From Octopus sinensis (taxonomy: Eukaryota), in assembly GCF_006345805.1 (NCBI RefSeq), contig NC_043017.1, forward strand, positions 10,664,001-10,728,000: a DNA stretch of 64,000 bases, given 5' to 3'. Of the stretch, positions 38,167-52,532 are shown one piece after another. Under the pieces are notes generated by a model that saw nothing but the letters and a program-made list of their open reading frames with translations, made no database searches and had not been told where the DNA came from. Both the position numbers and the translations under genes were made by a program. Each line of letters opens with the position of its first letter. The stretch's first letter is position 1.

Positions 38167-39329
38167 ACTATGATGAAAAAGTAAATTTTATTAACTAATT
38201 AAATGTAAATATAAAAATATGAATGAGGAATCTTAATAATGTTGGTTTTCTTTCCAAAAAAATGACCAATCACAATTACTTTTACGTGTATTCTTTTCCA
38301 TAAAAAAGCAATTCCTATTTTCCATGATTCTACCAACACAAGTTCACTAAATAATGTTGTTGAAGAATGAAAACAGAAACCCTTAATAATGGTTTCATAT
38401 TTGATCAGAAGGCCAGTAATTCTGGGCAAGGGCATAAGTTGATTATGTTGATCCCAGTGTTCAACTGGTGTTTACTTTATCGACCCCTGAAAGCGATAAA
38501 AAGCAAAGTCAGTCTTGGTGAAATTTGAACTCAGAACATTGGGATGGATGAAATGCACTTTGCCCAGTGCTGTAACAACTCTGCCAGCTCACCACCTTAG
38601 AGACCCTTAATAATTCTTTCTGCTATAGGCACAAGGCCTGAAATTTTTTTGGTGGAGCAGGGGTAAATTGATTACATTGACCCCAGTGTTTAACTGGTAC
38701 TTATTTTATTGACCCTGAAAGGATGAAAACCAAAGTTGACCCCAGTAGCATTTGAATTCAAAACGTGAAGACAGATGAGAGGGTGCTAAACATTTCGCCC
38801 CAGTGTACCAACGATTCAGCCAGCTCGCTGCCTAGAAACCATTAATAATGGCATTTAAGCATTTACTCATTTCATTTCCTCAGAAGCGCCAGATTTATAT
38901 TTGAACATTTCAGACTTCCTTTTCTTTCATTCCCAATCCCACAATTGTTTGTTTGCAAATCAAAAGATCACCATGAAAGATGATATCTTTGGCGCCTTAT
39001 CTTGCTCTTAAAACTATTTATTTTGCTGCACTTAAAAAGCTGGAAATCGCGATACACAGATATTGTTTTGAGCTGAGCAGGGTTGTTAGATTCCCTTATT
39101 TGAAAATATAAGGACAAAGATCATGTCGTATGACCAGCTGGAAACGATGCCTCCTGGGGTTAAATTACAGTAACATTCGTCCTAAACCAGGACTGTCATG
39201 TTATGTTGGCCAATAATCTTTACTCCAAAGTACTGTTGCTGAATATCTCTCATTGTGAGATTTACAAATAGTAATTTTAACTTAAAAAGCTGATATTTTT
39301 TTTTCCACCTGAAATTTACTCTCTGCATA

Positions 39330-39721
39330 TCTTTATATATAAAAGAGAGGTTGTGTGCTGTCTGTCTCCTACGATTTAGATTCCTAACTACTCCCACATT
39401 TTGCGGTGCAGTTTAACCAAAACCGGGTATCTTATAGTCGTGATTCATATCGAGCCCTTCTGGGTATTAGCGCGCGTCTACAATGAGTCTACGATTTAAA
39501 AAAAAATTTACCATCAATTTTTCCCATTTTTAATGCATTTTTGGCATATATAAGGGAAGTAACTCTCTAAAAATTTATTAAATCTCAGAACGTAAAAAGC
39601 TACAGTAACCACCCCCTTTGTGGTTAGCCATATTGAGATGGCTATTATACTTTACATCTCTAAAAATGCTTATATAGTTACTTCCCTTACAAACCCGAGC
39701 AACGCCGGGCGATACTGCTAG
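39330..39721 (+). mobile_element. Non-autonomous Helitron-like element, second subfamily
   Basis: A|TC..CCCGAGCAACGCCGGGCGATACTGCTAG|T, homologous to 21173-21561. Confidence 0.8.
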
Positions 39722-41202
39722 TTATATACTAAATACACATACTTAAAAACAATATCTTCCATGTAAACATATGGATGTACGACTGCTGCTGTTGTGTTTA
39801 CAGTGCCATTTAGATTATCATAATCCAGTCTGCTTTCTTTATAGTGGATAAGTAACTACTTTAGACCAAAGGTAGGAGACATTGAGATAAGCACGGCTTT
39901 ATATCATTGTTCCTACATATGTTTCCCCATTGTGGTTGCTGGGAAATCTGTATTTGGATATTCAATAAAGCGTTCCTTGATGATCCATTCTGGTTAAGCA
40001 TCCTCATGCATTTGGAACAGATGCAGGCATGACTGTGTGTTAAGAGACTTGCTTTCCAATCATATGCTTCTGGGTTCCGTCCCACTGCATGGCACATTGG
40101 GCAAGTGTCTTCTTCTGTAGCCTTGGGCCAACCAAAGCCTTGTGAGTGGATTTGGTAGACGGAAACTGAAAGAAGCCCATCATATATGTGTGCGTGTGTG
40201 TCTTTGTATCTGTGTTTATCTCCCCATCACTGTTTGACAACTGGTGTTGGTGTGTTTTCATCCCTGTAACTTAGCAGTTCAGCAAAGGAGACTGATATAA
40301 TAAGCACCAGGCTTAAAAATAAGTGCTGGGGTTGATTTGTTCGACTAAAACCCATTGAGGTGATGCTCCAGTATGGCCGCTGTCAAATGATGACTGAAAC
40401 AAGTAAAAGACTAAAAGAATATATGACCAAGTGCTGATTTCCCAAGCAACCATAATTGCAAAACGTAGGAACTAAAATACAAATCCATGTTTCTCCTAAT
40501 TTCTCCTAATTTCAAAATATTTGAAAACTGGAAAATTCTTAGTTTTGTGCAATCAATACATTGTATTCCAAAAACAAAAAGCCAACTGACATTATGCACA
40601 CATCTAAATGGAACCAAACCAAATCTGGATTGGACTAAAAACAGTCAAAAGTTGGAACCAGTGCAATGCTATCCCTCTTCTATGCACTTTTTAATGAAAT
40701 TTTTTCTTATAAAACTCTTAAAGTCACAAAATTTATTAGCAATCACTCTCGGACTTCAACCATTTTTACCTCATAAGTATTTTTCGATTTCACTGATTTT
40801 AACTAATTTCACAGAAGTAAATTGGATTTCAGAAAAGTCATTACACCAGTAATAGACACGTGCATTTGTTTTATTTCACTTCTTTATTTCTTTTATTTGT
40901 CACTCATTTAAACATTTAACCAATTAATTAATTGATTATTTGATTAATCATTTGATCGATCAATCAGTTAAATTTGCTAAGTCCTTTCATCACCATTCAT
41001 GACCTTGTCAATGAAAATAATGAAGTTAAATTGAACCAGTGCATGTGTCTACTCCTGGCAAAATGACCCTCTTAATATGCGACAAAATATATTTCAAATT
41101 GATTCCTTTTATAGAAATCTTCCCCCCCAAAAAAAGCATAAAGGTGCTTCTTTTCGATTCACCAAGGCAAATGAAGCTTTAGCAAGGAGGAACTAATGCC
41201 AT

Positions 41203-41739
41203 ACCTTTTCTAGATTTTCTAACTAGAAAGGGTATGGCCTGGTCAGCCTGTAATGACATGCATAAGATCTGGTCATCAAATCTAAGTAGAGACTTCAAAC
41301 TTGAAATCTTCAAAGCCATAGTTGAACCAATTCTACTATATGGCTCAGAAACCTGGACGTTATCAAAGAAGCTTGAGAGGCGGTTGGATGGAACCTACAC
41401 TCGCCTCCTTATGAGAGCTCAAAATCTCTCGCGGAAGCATCGTCCAACCAAAATGCAAATATATGGGAAACTACCACCTGTGTCATCTCTTGTGAAAGGT
41501 AGGAGAGTCCAGTTTGCTGGACATTGTTGTAGAGCTGAAAACGAGGCAATTTCTACTCTTCTCCTCTGGAAGCCATCTACTCGCAATACCAGAGGGCGCA
41601 CACTCTCCTACTCTGATGTAATCTCCAGGGATACAGGCATCCAGCAACAGGACCTCCGTAATGCTATGATGGACCGTGAAGTCTGGCGTAGCATGGTAAA
41701 TTCCATTATCTCGACCACGGTCGAACAATGATGATGATG
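41203..41739 (+). mobile_element. 5'-truncated RTE-type LINE with (TGA)n tail
   Basis: RKGMAWSACNDMHKIW..EPILLYGSETWTL..RLDGTYTRLLM..RRVQFAGHC..W..TTVEQ*. Candidate 8-bp TSD AATGCCAT at 41195 and 41740. Confidence 0.9.
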
Positions 41740-42489
41740 AATGCCATCAGACAGTGTCCAACAATCAGCAGTTGTTTTGACCCTGAACCATAGGCAGGTC
41801 AGCAGAGATGACCAAATCACAGCTTATCATCTCCTCCTTGCTCCCGGCTTAACCCCTCTCTCCAGATCTATAACCAGCACGAGACTCTTGCTGCTCTCTT
41901 CCCATCCTGCATACAGCCACCCATTGGTCAGCCTCTGGTTATAATAAAAGACACCTGCCCAAGGTGTCACACTCTGGACCATTTGATTGGGCAGCAAGCT
42001 TCTTAACCACACAGCCAAGCCTACACCTACTAAAATATTTTTTTACAAACAACTGAAATGCTATGGCTTAAAAATGAATTTCAGTCAAATTCTTATTAAA
42101 ACGTGATCACTTTTTGCACTGTAAGTTATTTTCTACAGAACCAATTTGGATGAAAATTACAGAATTAGATTTATCACATTCAGATATTTTATTTAAATCC
42201 AATTAAAACGAAAAATAATTTAGAAATAAGAAACTATATGGCTTAGAAGTTGCATTCTATTATTTTAAACATGTATTTTATCATACTTTTCTTTTTCTTT
42301 TTTAACGCAAACTATTTTCTATTAAAGTATCTGAAAATGTAGTGGACATCTTGAACTTTTTAATTAAGTTTAGCTGTATTTAATTTTGTCTATAATTGAA
42401 TTAGCAAGAAGATGTAGAAATCGTTGTGAGAAAATAAAGAGAAGTAAATGTTGACCTTAAGAATATTTTTCACCCAATGTCCTGGGGGA

Positions 42490-42548
42490 TTGATAGATTT
42501 CTGCCTGCTTGTCTCTTTATCTATCTATCTATCTATCTATCTTATCTA

Positions 42549-42579
<31 letters not shown>

Positions 42580-42612
42580 GTCTATCTGTTTATCTGTCAG
42601 ATTGTCTGTCTG

Positions 42613-42663
<51 letters not shown>

Positions 42664-43098
42664 GTCAATCTATGTATCTATCTGTCTATCTATCTGTCTG
42701 TCTGTCTATCTATCTGTCTATCTGTCTATCTATCTATCTATCTATCCATCTATCTATCAGTCTATCTATTTCTCTTTCTTACTCTTTTCTGTGTATATAG
42801 GTGTTTGTGTGTATATATGTGTGTGTGTATAAAAGCATATATATATATATATATATATATATGTAAGATAGCCAATCCATATGCTTGCACACACACACAC
42901 AAAGAGTTTATAACTGTGGCTGTATATGTATATACATGTATACACACATACGTATATACATACACATCACCATTTGGTCATTCACCTATCCACCCTTGAC
43001 AGTTACACACATAAGTACACACATAAGTACACACATAAGTACACACACAGCGACAGCATCACAAACACGCATTGCGATTCAACCAGTCACACACACAT

Positions 43099-43147
<49 letters not shown>

Positions 43148-43630
43148 TGCATACACACGCATACACACGTGTTGTTATTCAACCATACCCCTGTCACTGT
43201 CTTTCTCTCTCTCTCTCTCTCTCACTTCCTCTTTCACATACACACACACACACGCACACACACACACATACACACACAAACACACACACACAATGCCATT
43301 TAACCATTCACCTAGCCAACCTCTACAGCCTCTTTGCGTTTGCCTCGCTGTCTGACTCTCCCTCTTCTTTCAACACACCACACACACACACACACACACA
43401 CGCACACACACACACACCACACACACACACAACACATACACACACATACACACACACAAACACACACACACACAAACACACATATACACACACACACACG
43501 TACACACACACACACACATACACACACACACAGAGCCATTTACCCATTCCCCTACCCTCCACAGTTTCTCTCTCTCTGTTTCTGTCTCACTTATTGCCAT
43601 CCAACCATTTCTACATCTCCGCCTCCACAG

Positions 43631-43694
<64 letters not shown>

Positions 43695-43869
43695 CAATCA
43701 CCACCTCTTCTGCCACCACTGCCTCCGCCATCATCATTGCTGTATATCCATCAGTTTCTGCTGTTATTGTTTTAATTTGTCAGCATCTTGTTATCAATCA
43801 ATGAAAAGGTGTACAGTTAACTCTCTTACTAAATGCTACCTGCTACCACTCCGCACACTCTCCTTTTAC

Positions 43870-43905
<36 letters not shown>

Positions 43906-43997
43906 ATACATACATATACACACACACACATACATACATGCATACCTGCATATATATATTCATATAATACATTTATATATATATATATGTATATATA

Positions 43998-44064
<67 letters not shown>

Positions 44065-44507
44065 TATATATATAATATGTATGTATTATATGTATGTATA
44101 TATATGTAGTATATTATATATATATTATATAATATTATGTATTATATGTATGTATATATATATATGTATATATATATGTATATATATATATGTATGTATT
44201 ATATAATATGATGTATATATATATATATTATATATATATTTTAATATATATGTATGTATATATATATTATATATATACATTTATATATATATATATATAA
44301 TATATATATATATAATGTATAACAGAAAAGAGGAATTTCGATTGTATATATATGTATATATATATATAATATTTATATATATATATATTTTTTATATATA
44401 TGTATGTATATATATTTATATATATACATTTATATATATATATATATCTATATATATATATATAATATATGTATAACAGAAAAGAGGAATTTCGATTGTA
44501 TATATAT

Positions 44508-44550
<43 letters not shown>

Positions 44551-44710
44551 TATATATTTATATATATATTCATACATACATACATACATACATATATATA
44601 TACATATATATACATATATATATATATATATTTATATATATGTTCATACATACATACACATACATATATACATATATATATAATATATATATATATGTAT
44701 GTACATACAT
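42490..44710. repeat. Compound (TCTA)n, (CA)n and (TA)n field
   Basis: Directly visible. Similar fields lie at 30713-31070, 31920-32340, 34625-34882, 35590-37140 and 53720-55100. Confidence 0.95.
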
Positions 44711-45061
44711 TTATATATCCACTACAAACAGTATTAATGGCCCTTGGTTGTGGTGGTGATGGGGAAGGATATGAAAGCAGTGTGTAGGGATGTAGGTGTG
44801 TGGGGATGTAGGTGTGTGGGTGTGTTTGTGCACAGAGACAGTCAATTTGTCATTTGGACAACAGACTTGCCGCTAGTAATTTACATTGCAATTTATCAAT
44901 ATATACGTGTGTGTAAGTGTATAGATATATAGTTAAATGTGCACACACTGTATAGATATGTGCATGTATGTGAGTGTGACTATGTGTGTATGTATGCACA
45001 TATATACACATACATACACAGAAATATACATATATAAGTATATATATATCTGTGTATGTGA

Positions 45062-45105
<44 letters not shown>

Positions 45106-45529
45106 ATGTATAGGTTTATATGAATACAGTGCTTCTGTATATATATGTATACATGTACATGCATGTGTGTTTGTGTGTATGTGTATGTACATGTGGATAT
45201 TCCTTTTTGGTTTTATCTTTCAAATTCTTTACTGACAGAGAAGGAGCCAGTTTCTAGCCTGGAAGTAAGACTTCCTTTGTGATTTAGAATCAAACAGTGT
45301 AGTATCACATATATGTGTATATATATGCACATACATATATATGTATATATATATAATATATATATATATATCTTCAATATAGGGTGGCAAGGAAAATTTG
45401 TAGAATTTATTGCCACTACAGGGTAAATGTTTTTTTAATTTCTCCTGTTTACGGAATTAATCTTTATTTGCGGTAGAAGCTTTGGCTGTTATTTCTAGTG
45501 GGTGAATGGCCATTGGCCGTTCCTTATTG

Positions 45530-45588
<59 letters not shown>

Positions 45589-45719
45589 ATATATATATAA
45601 TATATATATATGTATAATGCACATGCATATATATGTATGCATACATGTATGTAAATCTAAGTGTCCATGTTTGTCTATACATATATGTGCACATAAACAC
45701 CTGAATGTCATTCTATGTG

Positions 45720-46341
45720 TGGTTCTTATTACATGCTAAACTTCATGAATGTTTCACATATTTTGATAGTTCCTTTGACAATTTGTTGTAATCTTATTAA
45801 ACATGTTCTTTCTGGTTTTATGAATCCTAGCTTCTCAAGAATGGTACTAAGGCAATTAGTCTCGTCATCATATGCTCCAATAATTATTAGTAAAAAGGGG
45901 TAAAGACCCCCTTTGGTCATGAATGACCATGGGATTGCACCTAGAATGTTACCCCCCTAGACACAAGTCCAAGCAAGGTTGTTTATGGAAGACCAGCAGT
46001 CACCCATGCATACCAGCCTCCCCCCTCCATGCCACTGATGTTATCAGAGGGAAAGGCAAAGGGGCTGATACAGCTTGGCACCACTGATGTCACAACTCAT
46101 TTCTACAGCTGAGTGAACTGGAGCAATGTGAAATAAAGTGTCTTGCTCAAGAACACAATACACAGCATGAGCTGGAACTCACTGAATCATGATTGTGAAC
46201 CTGACATTCTAACCGCTGAACCATGTGCCTTCACAAATATTAGTAGGGGCCTACAGTTATAATTGGGATAGTGTAATTATAAATTTCTCATTAGGTTGGC
46301 ATAGATGATCTCTCTGTCTGTCTGTCTATCTCTCTCTCTCT

Positions 46342-46373
<32 letters not shown>

Positions 46374-46700
46374 TTTAACAATGGGCACACATGTGTTCAC
46401 TCACCCACTAACCTTTAATATTATGCTGACCCCTTCAGCACAAGTGATTTTAAATTCTGCCAATAGTTTCCTTTCTCTGTAACAGACTATTATATCTGTT
46501 CTGTTGTGTTTGCATCTTGTTGAAGTTTCCACACGGACATTCCACCAGTATTCATTTGAGTTATGTATACCTATGCTGCCATATCACTGGAGTTTCTTAT
46601 ATTTTGATTGCTGGTCGGGACATCGTATTTCGCTTTGCAACTATAATATACAACTAAATATTTTAAAGGTTTATGAGTCAATACCATCTTTCTTTTCATG
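45720..46700 (-). mobile_element. RLE-type LINE fragment interrupted by a SINE and a microsatellite
   Basis: EYWWNVRVETSTRCKHNRTDIIVCYRERK (about 46600-46450), then IIIGAYDDETNCLSTILEKLGF..LQQIVKGTIKICETFMKF* (45890-45729). Confidence 0.6.
45893..46234 (-). mobile_element. tRNA-derived SINE family C
   Basis: Head GTGAAGGCACATGGTTCAGCGGTTAGAATGTC.., central TTGAGCAAGACACTT. Confidence 0.6.
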
Positions 46701-46835
46701 TTAGCAGTGTGATTTAACCACTTTTAAGTTATCTCAACAGATTTTGTATAGAACTTAGAGCCATCACTGAAAGTTACAACATTTCACATACATGTACAAT
46801 GCTGTAAGCAATGTGGTTGAAGAGGGAAAACTAAG

Positions 46836-46891
46836 GGATGGGTGTACATGCATATTTCAGGAGTCATTGTCCCTTCATCAGAACCACATCC
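46836..46891 (-). ncRNA. Type I hammerhead-like motif, canonical core
   Basis: GGAUGUGGUU-CUGAUGA-AGGG(ACAAUGAC)UCCU-GAA-AUAUGCAUGU-A/CACCCAUCC. Stem III is self-complementary. First stem I pair is a U.C mismatch. Confidence 0.65.
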
Positions 46892-47319
46892 AACCCATTA
46901 ACCACCCATGAACACATTGCTTAAACAGCCACTATGTTTACTGGTTTAACACTGTTGGATTTTTCAGTTTTACATATCAAACACATTCCTGGCAACTGGT
47001 ACATACATATTAATAACTGATGGGGACACCGTATTTTGTGTTCGACCAACACTAGAGAGAAACTGTTACTTAGTTATTCAGTATAAAAGCTCAATAGCAT
47101 GAAAATGGAGACACTAGGAACAATTTGTTTTATTTAACCTTTCAGACTGGTGCCCCAGCATGGCCACAGTCCAATGATTGAAACAAGTAAAAAAAAAAAT
47201 AACAGATTGTCGAGGATGTGCCTCCACTGGGGGAGATACCCCAGTGAAAAGTAGGGTCAAGGGTCTAGCGTTAGTGCTGGTCTTGAAGGTATAGGTTGCA
47301 TGCTGTTTGTGCTTAGGAG

Positions 47320-49820
47320 GAGGAGCAGTGGCAGCAGTGAGGCATGGTGGTGGTGGTGGTGGTGATGGTGGTAGTGGTGGCGGTTGTGGTGGTGGTGGTG
47401 GTGGTGGCGGCGGCGGAGGTGGTGGTGGTGGTGGTGGGGTGGCGGCGGCAGCGACGGCGGTGGTGGTGGTGAAGGTGGTGGTGGATGTTTTCTTGATATG
47501 CCTAATGAATGTTTTGCTAATCAGGTAAACCTTGGCAGAACAGATTAACGATTGCGATTGTTAATTAAAATGTGACTTAGTAACTGCAGCCAGTGCCACC
47601 ACAGCAGCCACCACCACCACCACCGCCACCACTACTGCTGCTGCTGCTATCATCAAGATCATCATCATCATCAAGATCATCATCATCATCATCATCTCCA
47701 CTACAATCATTCCCATCATCACTATTACTCTCTCCACTGCAATCGAGATTATCATCACTGCCACCGTATGTGTGTGTATGTGTGTGCGTGAGCCTCAATA
47801 TACATATGTATACACACGTGGAAGATGGATGTTAAATGATAATGATAACGACATGTATACACACACACACACACACCACATATTTATGTGTGTGTGTGTG
47901 TGTGTCATCATCAACCAATGCCAGCATGGAAAGCGGATATTGATGATGATTGTCGTCGTCGTCGTTGTCCTCCTCCTCCTCTTCTTCTTCTTCTTCCTCC
48001 GCTTCTTCTTCTTCTTCCTCCTCTTCTTCTTCTTCTGCCTCCTCTTCTTCTTCCTCTTCTTCTTCCTCTTTTTCTTCTTCTTCTTCTTCTTTCTTCTTCT
48101 TCTCTTATTCTTCTTCTTCCTCTTCTTCTTCGTCTTTTCTTCTTCCTCTTCCTCCTCTTCTTCTTCTTCTTCCTCCTCCTCTTCTTCTTCTTTTCTTCTT
48201 CTTTCTTCTTCTTCTCTCTTCTTCTTCTTCTTCTTCTTCTCTCTTCTCTTCTTCTTCTTCTCTCTCTCTTCTTCTTCTTTCTTCTCTCTTCCTTCTCTCT
48301 CTCTCTTCTTCCTCTCTTCTTCTCTTCTCTCTCTTCTTCTTCATCTCTCTCTTTCTTCTCTCTCTCTTCTCTTCTTCTTCTTCCTCTCTTCTTCTTCTTC
48401 TCCTCCTTCTCTTCTTCTTCCTCCTCTTCTCTTCTTCTTCTTCTTCCTCCTCTTCTTCTTCTTCTTCCTCTTCTTCTTCTTCCTCTCTCTCTCTCTTCTT
48501 CTTCCTCTTCTTCTTCCTCCTCTTCTTCTCTCTTCTTCCTCTCTTCTCATCTTCTTCTTCCTCCTCTTCCTCCTTTCTTCCTCCTCTTCTTCTTCTCCTC
48601 TTCTTCTCCTCCTCTTCTTCCTCCTCCTCCTCTTCTCTTCTTCTTCCTCCTCCTCCTCCTCTCTCTTCTTCTTCTTCATCGCCTCCACCTCCTCATCATC
48701 GCACCACCACTACCACAGCAACAACATCAACCACCCCTTCCTCTTCTACCTCCTCCTCCTGTCGCCTGCTTCTGATTCCACAAGGATTAACCCTCCAACC
48801 ACCCCAACCACCCACCCACACGTGTCCCCCCTTCCCACCACCACCACTGCCAACATGATAGATGTTATGCACGCAAAATTTTGTCCGTTCCCCGCTTTCA
48901 CCATTGGTCCCTTTCCGGACAAGGTCACCCTGGCTTCATTAAATCCAATACCGCCATCCTTCCAGATAATTCTGTCGACACATATAAGGTTACGTAGGTT
49001 TGAGGTATTGCGATTCTAAAACGACTGGTCATCTCTCCCCCCACTCCTTCCCTCCCTCCCTCCCTCTCCCTCTCTCCTTCCCTCCCTCCCCCCTTCCATG
49101 TATTTGGTCATCTCAAAGCTTGTCTGATGAAAGTTAATCTTCTCTCAATGGAAAAAATGCTATCGGCTGACAAAGACTGAGTCAGTGCAATTAGATGTTC
49201 TAATTAACATCCTGATAATCGTCACCACCATGACTACCACCATCGCCACCACTACCACCACCATTATCAACATTAGCATCACTATAGCTACTGTTATCAT
49301 CATCATCATCATCACCACTACCACCAACATCATTACCACCACCATCACCATCAACATCATCACCATCAACATTAGCTTCATTGTAACTACTATTACCATC
49401 ATCATCATCATCAACATTACCATCATCATCATCATCATCGTTGTCTTCACTACATACAACCTCCAGCATCATCATCATCATCATCATCTTCATTATCACC
49501 ATCACCACAAACAACAACAATACCACCATGACGATTATTACTTCCACCACCACCATCATCATCATCATCATCATCATCACTGCCACTACCACCAACAACA
49601 ATATCATGATGAACATCACCATCGTCATAACCATCATCATAACCAGCACCATCACCATCACCACCACTGGCATCACCACCACCACTAACACCACCACCAC
49701 CACCAACAGCATCATCATCATCATCACAATCAGTATTATTATCATCACCACCACTACTGCCATCACTGTCATCATCATCATCATCGTCGTCGTCATCATC
49801 ATCATCGTCATCGTCATCAT
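47320..49820. repeat. Compound triplet microsatellite field (GGT, CAT, CTT/CCT, CAC)
   Basis: Includes a pyrimidine tract of about 770 bp at 47950-48720. Confidence 0.9.
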
Positions 49821-50571
49821 AGTTGACTTCATGTCACCCAAGCTAGGTTTTCTTTTTCTTTCTTTTGTTTTTTTTCTTCTTTTTTTTCTGTATTACCAAG
49901 AGACAAATCTGTTCCACTCTGCTGCACATGGTAACCATGGCGATAAACAAGGAATTGTATGTTAGCATGGAGCACATTGTATAACAGGAGGAAATATGTA
50001 TTGGAATTTGTGCCTGCATACATGTGTATATAGGTGTGTGTGTGTGTGTGTGCTATATGTAGGCACAGGAGTGGCCATGTGGTAAGAAGCTTACTTCCCA
50101 ACCACATGGTTCCAGGTTCAGTCCCACTGCGTGGTACCTTGTGCAAGTGTCTTCTATTGTAGCCTTTGGCTAACCAAAGCCTTGTGAGTGGCCCAAGAGA
50201 AAAGCTGAGAGAAAACTGAAGAAAACTGAGAGAAGCCCATCGTATATATGTATATATTTGTGTTTGTCCCCCCACCATCGCTTGACAACCAATGTTTGTG
50301 TGTTTATGTCCCTGTAACTTAGCGGTTCAGCAAAAGAGACTGATAGGATAAGTACTGGGCTTACAAAGGGTAAGTCCTGGGGTTTATTTGTTCGACAAAA
50401 GGCAGTGCTCCAGCATGGCCACAGTCAAATGACTGAAATAAATAAAAGACTAAAAAGAATAAAAGGATATCAGATATATGTGTTTACTTTTTTTTGTTTT
50501 TGTTTTAACTTTTGCCTGTTTTGGTCATTGGACTGTGGCCATGCCGAGGCACCATCCTGAAGGGCTTAATC

Positions 50572-50816
50572 CAGCAGTTTCTAAATTGGGCAGTGCAAAG
50601 ATCCAGGGACGGGAGTGCTGAAGAAGAGTGGGGCAATAATGGAGTGGCCAAAAGGGGGCAAAGGTTGTAAAAAAATCCCCAAATAATGGGTTGATTAGGT
50701 TAAGTTTTATTTGTGAAACACACATTTTGAATTTGCAGTAGTGAGTTGGGGGAGGGCCTAGGAGTATGGCCTGGGTGGCAAGGGGGTGGTAGTTTGGAAA
50801 ACTTTGGGAATCACTG
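50572..50816. mobile_element. hAT-like MITE
   Basis: Degenerate CAG(T/C)..CTG TIRs. Imperfect 8-bp TSD GCTTAATC / GTTTAGTC. Confidence 0.45.
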
Positions 50817-51072
50817 GTTTAGTCAAACCAATCAACCACATCAATTATTTTCTTTTAAGTTTGGTTTTCCTTCTATTGGCACCTTTCACCAAAACTGCTA
50901 TATTAGGAGGACATCAGCAAACTAACAATGATTAAGAGGCACACACACATATCACATGTTGAGCTTCCATGCAGTTTCCATCTACCAAATTTACTCACAA
51001 GGTACTGGTCAGCCTGGGGCTATAGTAGAAGACACTTGCCCAAGGTACCATGCAATACTATATATATACTTA

Positions 51073-52528
51073 TTGGATCATCCCATAAATAATGTGTTTT
51101 TCAATTCCATGAACTAAAAGTTGGAGTGGGATGGGATAAACTACCTGCATCAACTTGATTTAAAAGCATGTAGTAATTTTACCTTGTCCTTATTCTTAGT
51201 GAAAGTTTTGAAGAGTGCAGTTGGATTTTAACAGTTATTTTTTCAAAGTTATAATGGAAGTGACAAAGGAGCATATTTGTCAAATTTTGCTTTATGAGTT
51301 AAAGGCAACAAAGGAACGGAAAGTGTGCGGAATATCAATGTAGTATATGGGGATCAAACAATAAGCGTAGGCCAGTGTCAACGGTGGTTCCAGAATTTCC
51401 AAACCGGAAACTACAGCCTAGAAGACAATCCTTGTCTTGGAAGATCTGTAGAGCTCAACGAGGACATCCTGCAAACCCCTGGTGATACAAAATCCCATTA
51501 TATATTTCTTTATTGCCCACAGGGGGCTAAACACAGAGGTAACAAGCAAGGACAGACAAAGGGATTAAGTTGATTACATCGAGCCCAGTGCGTAACTGGT
51601 ACTTATTTAATTGACCCCAAAAGGATGAAAGGCAAAGTCGACCTCGGCGGAATTTGAACTCAGAACTTAACGGCAGCCAAAATACCGCTAAGCATTTCGC
51701 CCAACGTGCTAACGTTTCTGCCAGCTCGCCGCCTTTATAATCCCATTATAACTGTTGAGGAACGTGCAGAGAAGCTTGAATTTGGTCATTCAGTCATTCA
51801 TCGACACCTGTGTGCCATTGGAAAAGTCAGCAAATTGGGTCAATGCTGAGTGTTACCATGTGCAGAGAGTGAATGGGTGCCCTTCTTTGTTGTCATGTCT
51901 CACGAATGAACCAGCCAAATAGTGATTGGTGATGAGAAATGGGTTCTTTATAAAAATGTCAAGCAACGAAGACTGAGAAAGGAGAAACAGTGGCATCCCA
52001 GGCTAAAGAAGGTCTTCATCCACGTAAGGTGTTGTTATATGTTTGAAACAAAATGATAACTAAGGAGATCTACTGTGAGCAGTTTGAGTGGCTTGAGTTA
52101 GCACTAGAAGAAAAACAGCCATCTTTGGTTTCAAGATGAAAGGTGTTCTTCCATCAGGATAATCCTCAGCTACATACAGCAAGGATGACATTCCAATGGC
52201 TGGAGCAATTTGAATGGGAAATGGTACCCCACTCACCATATTCATTGGACTTTGTCCCATCTGATTATCATTTATTCTGCTGTCTTCAAAATCATTTGAA
52301 TGGAAAAAATATGAACCCTGTAGACAAGGTCAGACCAGTACTGAAGGAGTATTTTTCATCACAGACAGGTGAATTTTGAGAGAGGGACCTTGCAAGTCTA
52401 CCAGCTAGATGGGAGAACATTGTAGAAAATGAAGGAGAGTATATTTTAGATTAAAAAAGAACTTTGTTTATCTTAATCTTGAAAATAAAAGAAGTATAAA
52501 AAACTGCATTATTTATGGGATGATCCAA
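51073..52528 (+). mobile_element. Full-length degenerate mariner transposon with nested SINE
   Basis: TA-flanked TIRs TTGGATCATCCCATAAATAATG. Pseudo-ORF MEVTKEHI..CQRWFQNF..FHQDN..HSPYSLDFVPSDYHLF..RWENIVENEGEYILD*. Confidence 0.9.
51503..51738 (-). mobile_element. SINE family A nested in the mariner
   Basis: 12-bp TSD AATCCCATTATA at 51491 and 51739. Confidence 0.9.
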
Positions 52529-52532
52529 TATA

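Noticed and set aside
38855-38890. CUGAGGA-AAU-GAAA..GUA on the minus strand
   Set aside because: No room for stem II, and stem I is weak.
40487-40852. 121-aa plus-strand ORF in AT-rich unique DNA
   Set aside because: No recognisable motif or convincing splice signals; compatible with chance.
48843-48880. CQHDRCY, reminiscent of the phospholipase A2 HD motif
   Set aside because: No calcium loop, no flanking cysteine pattern and no usable start or acceptor in that frame.
47772-49965. Overlapping 150-415 aa ORFs (poly-F/S/L/I/T/H)
   Set aside because: Stop-free triplet microsatellites open in multiple frames, with no domain content.
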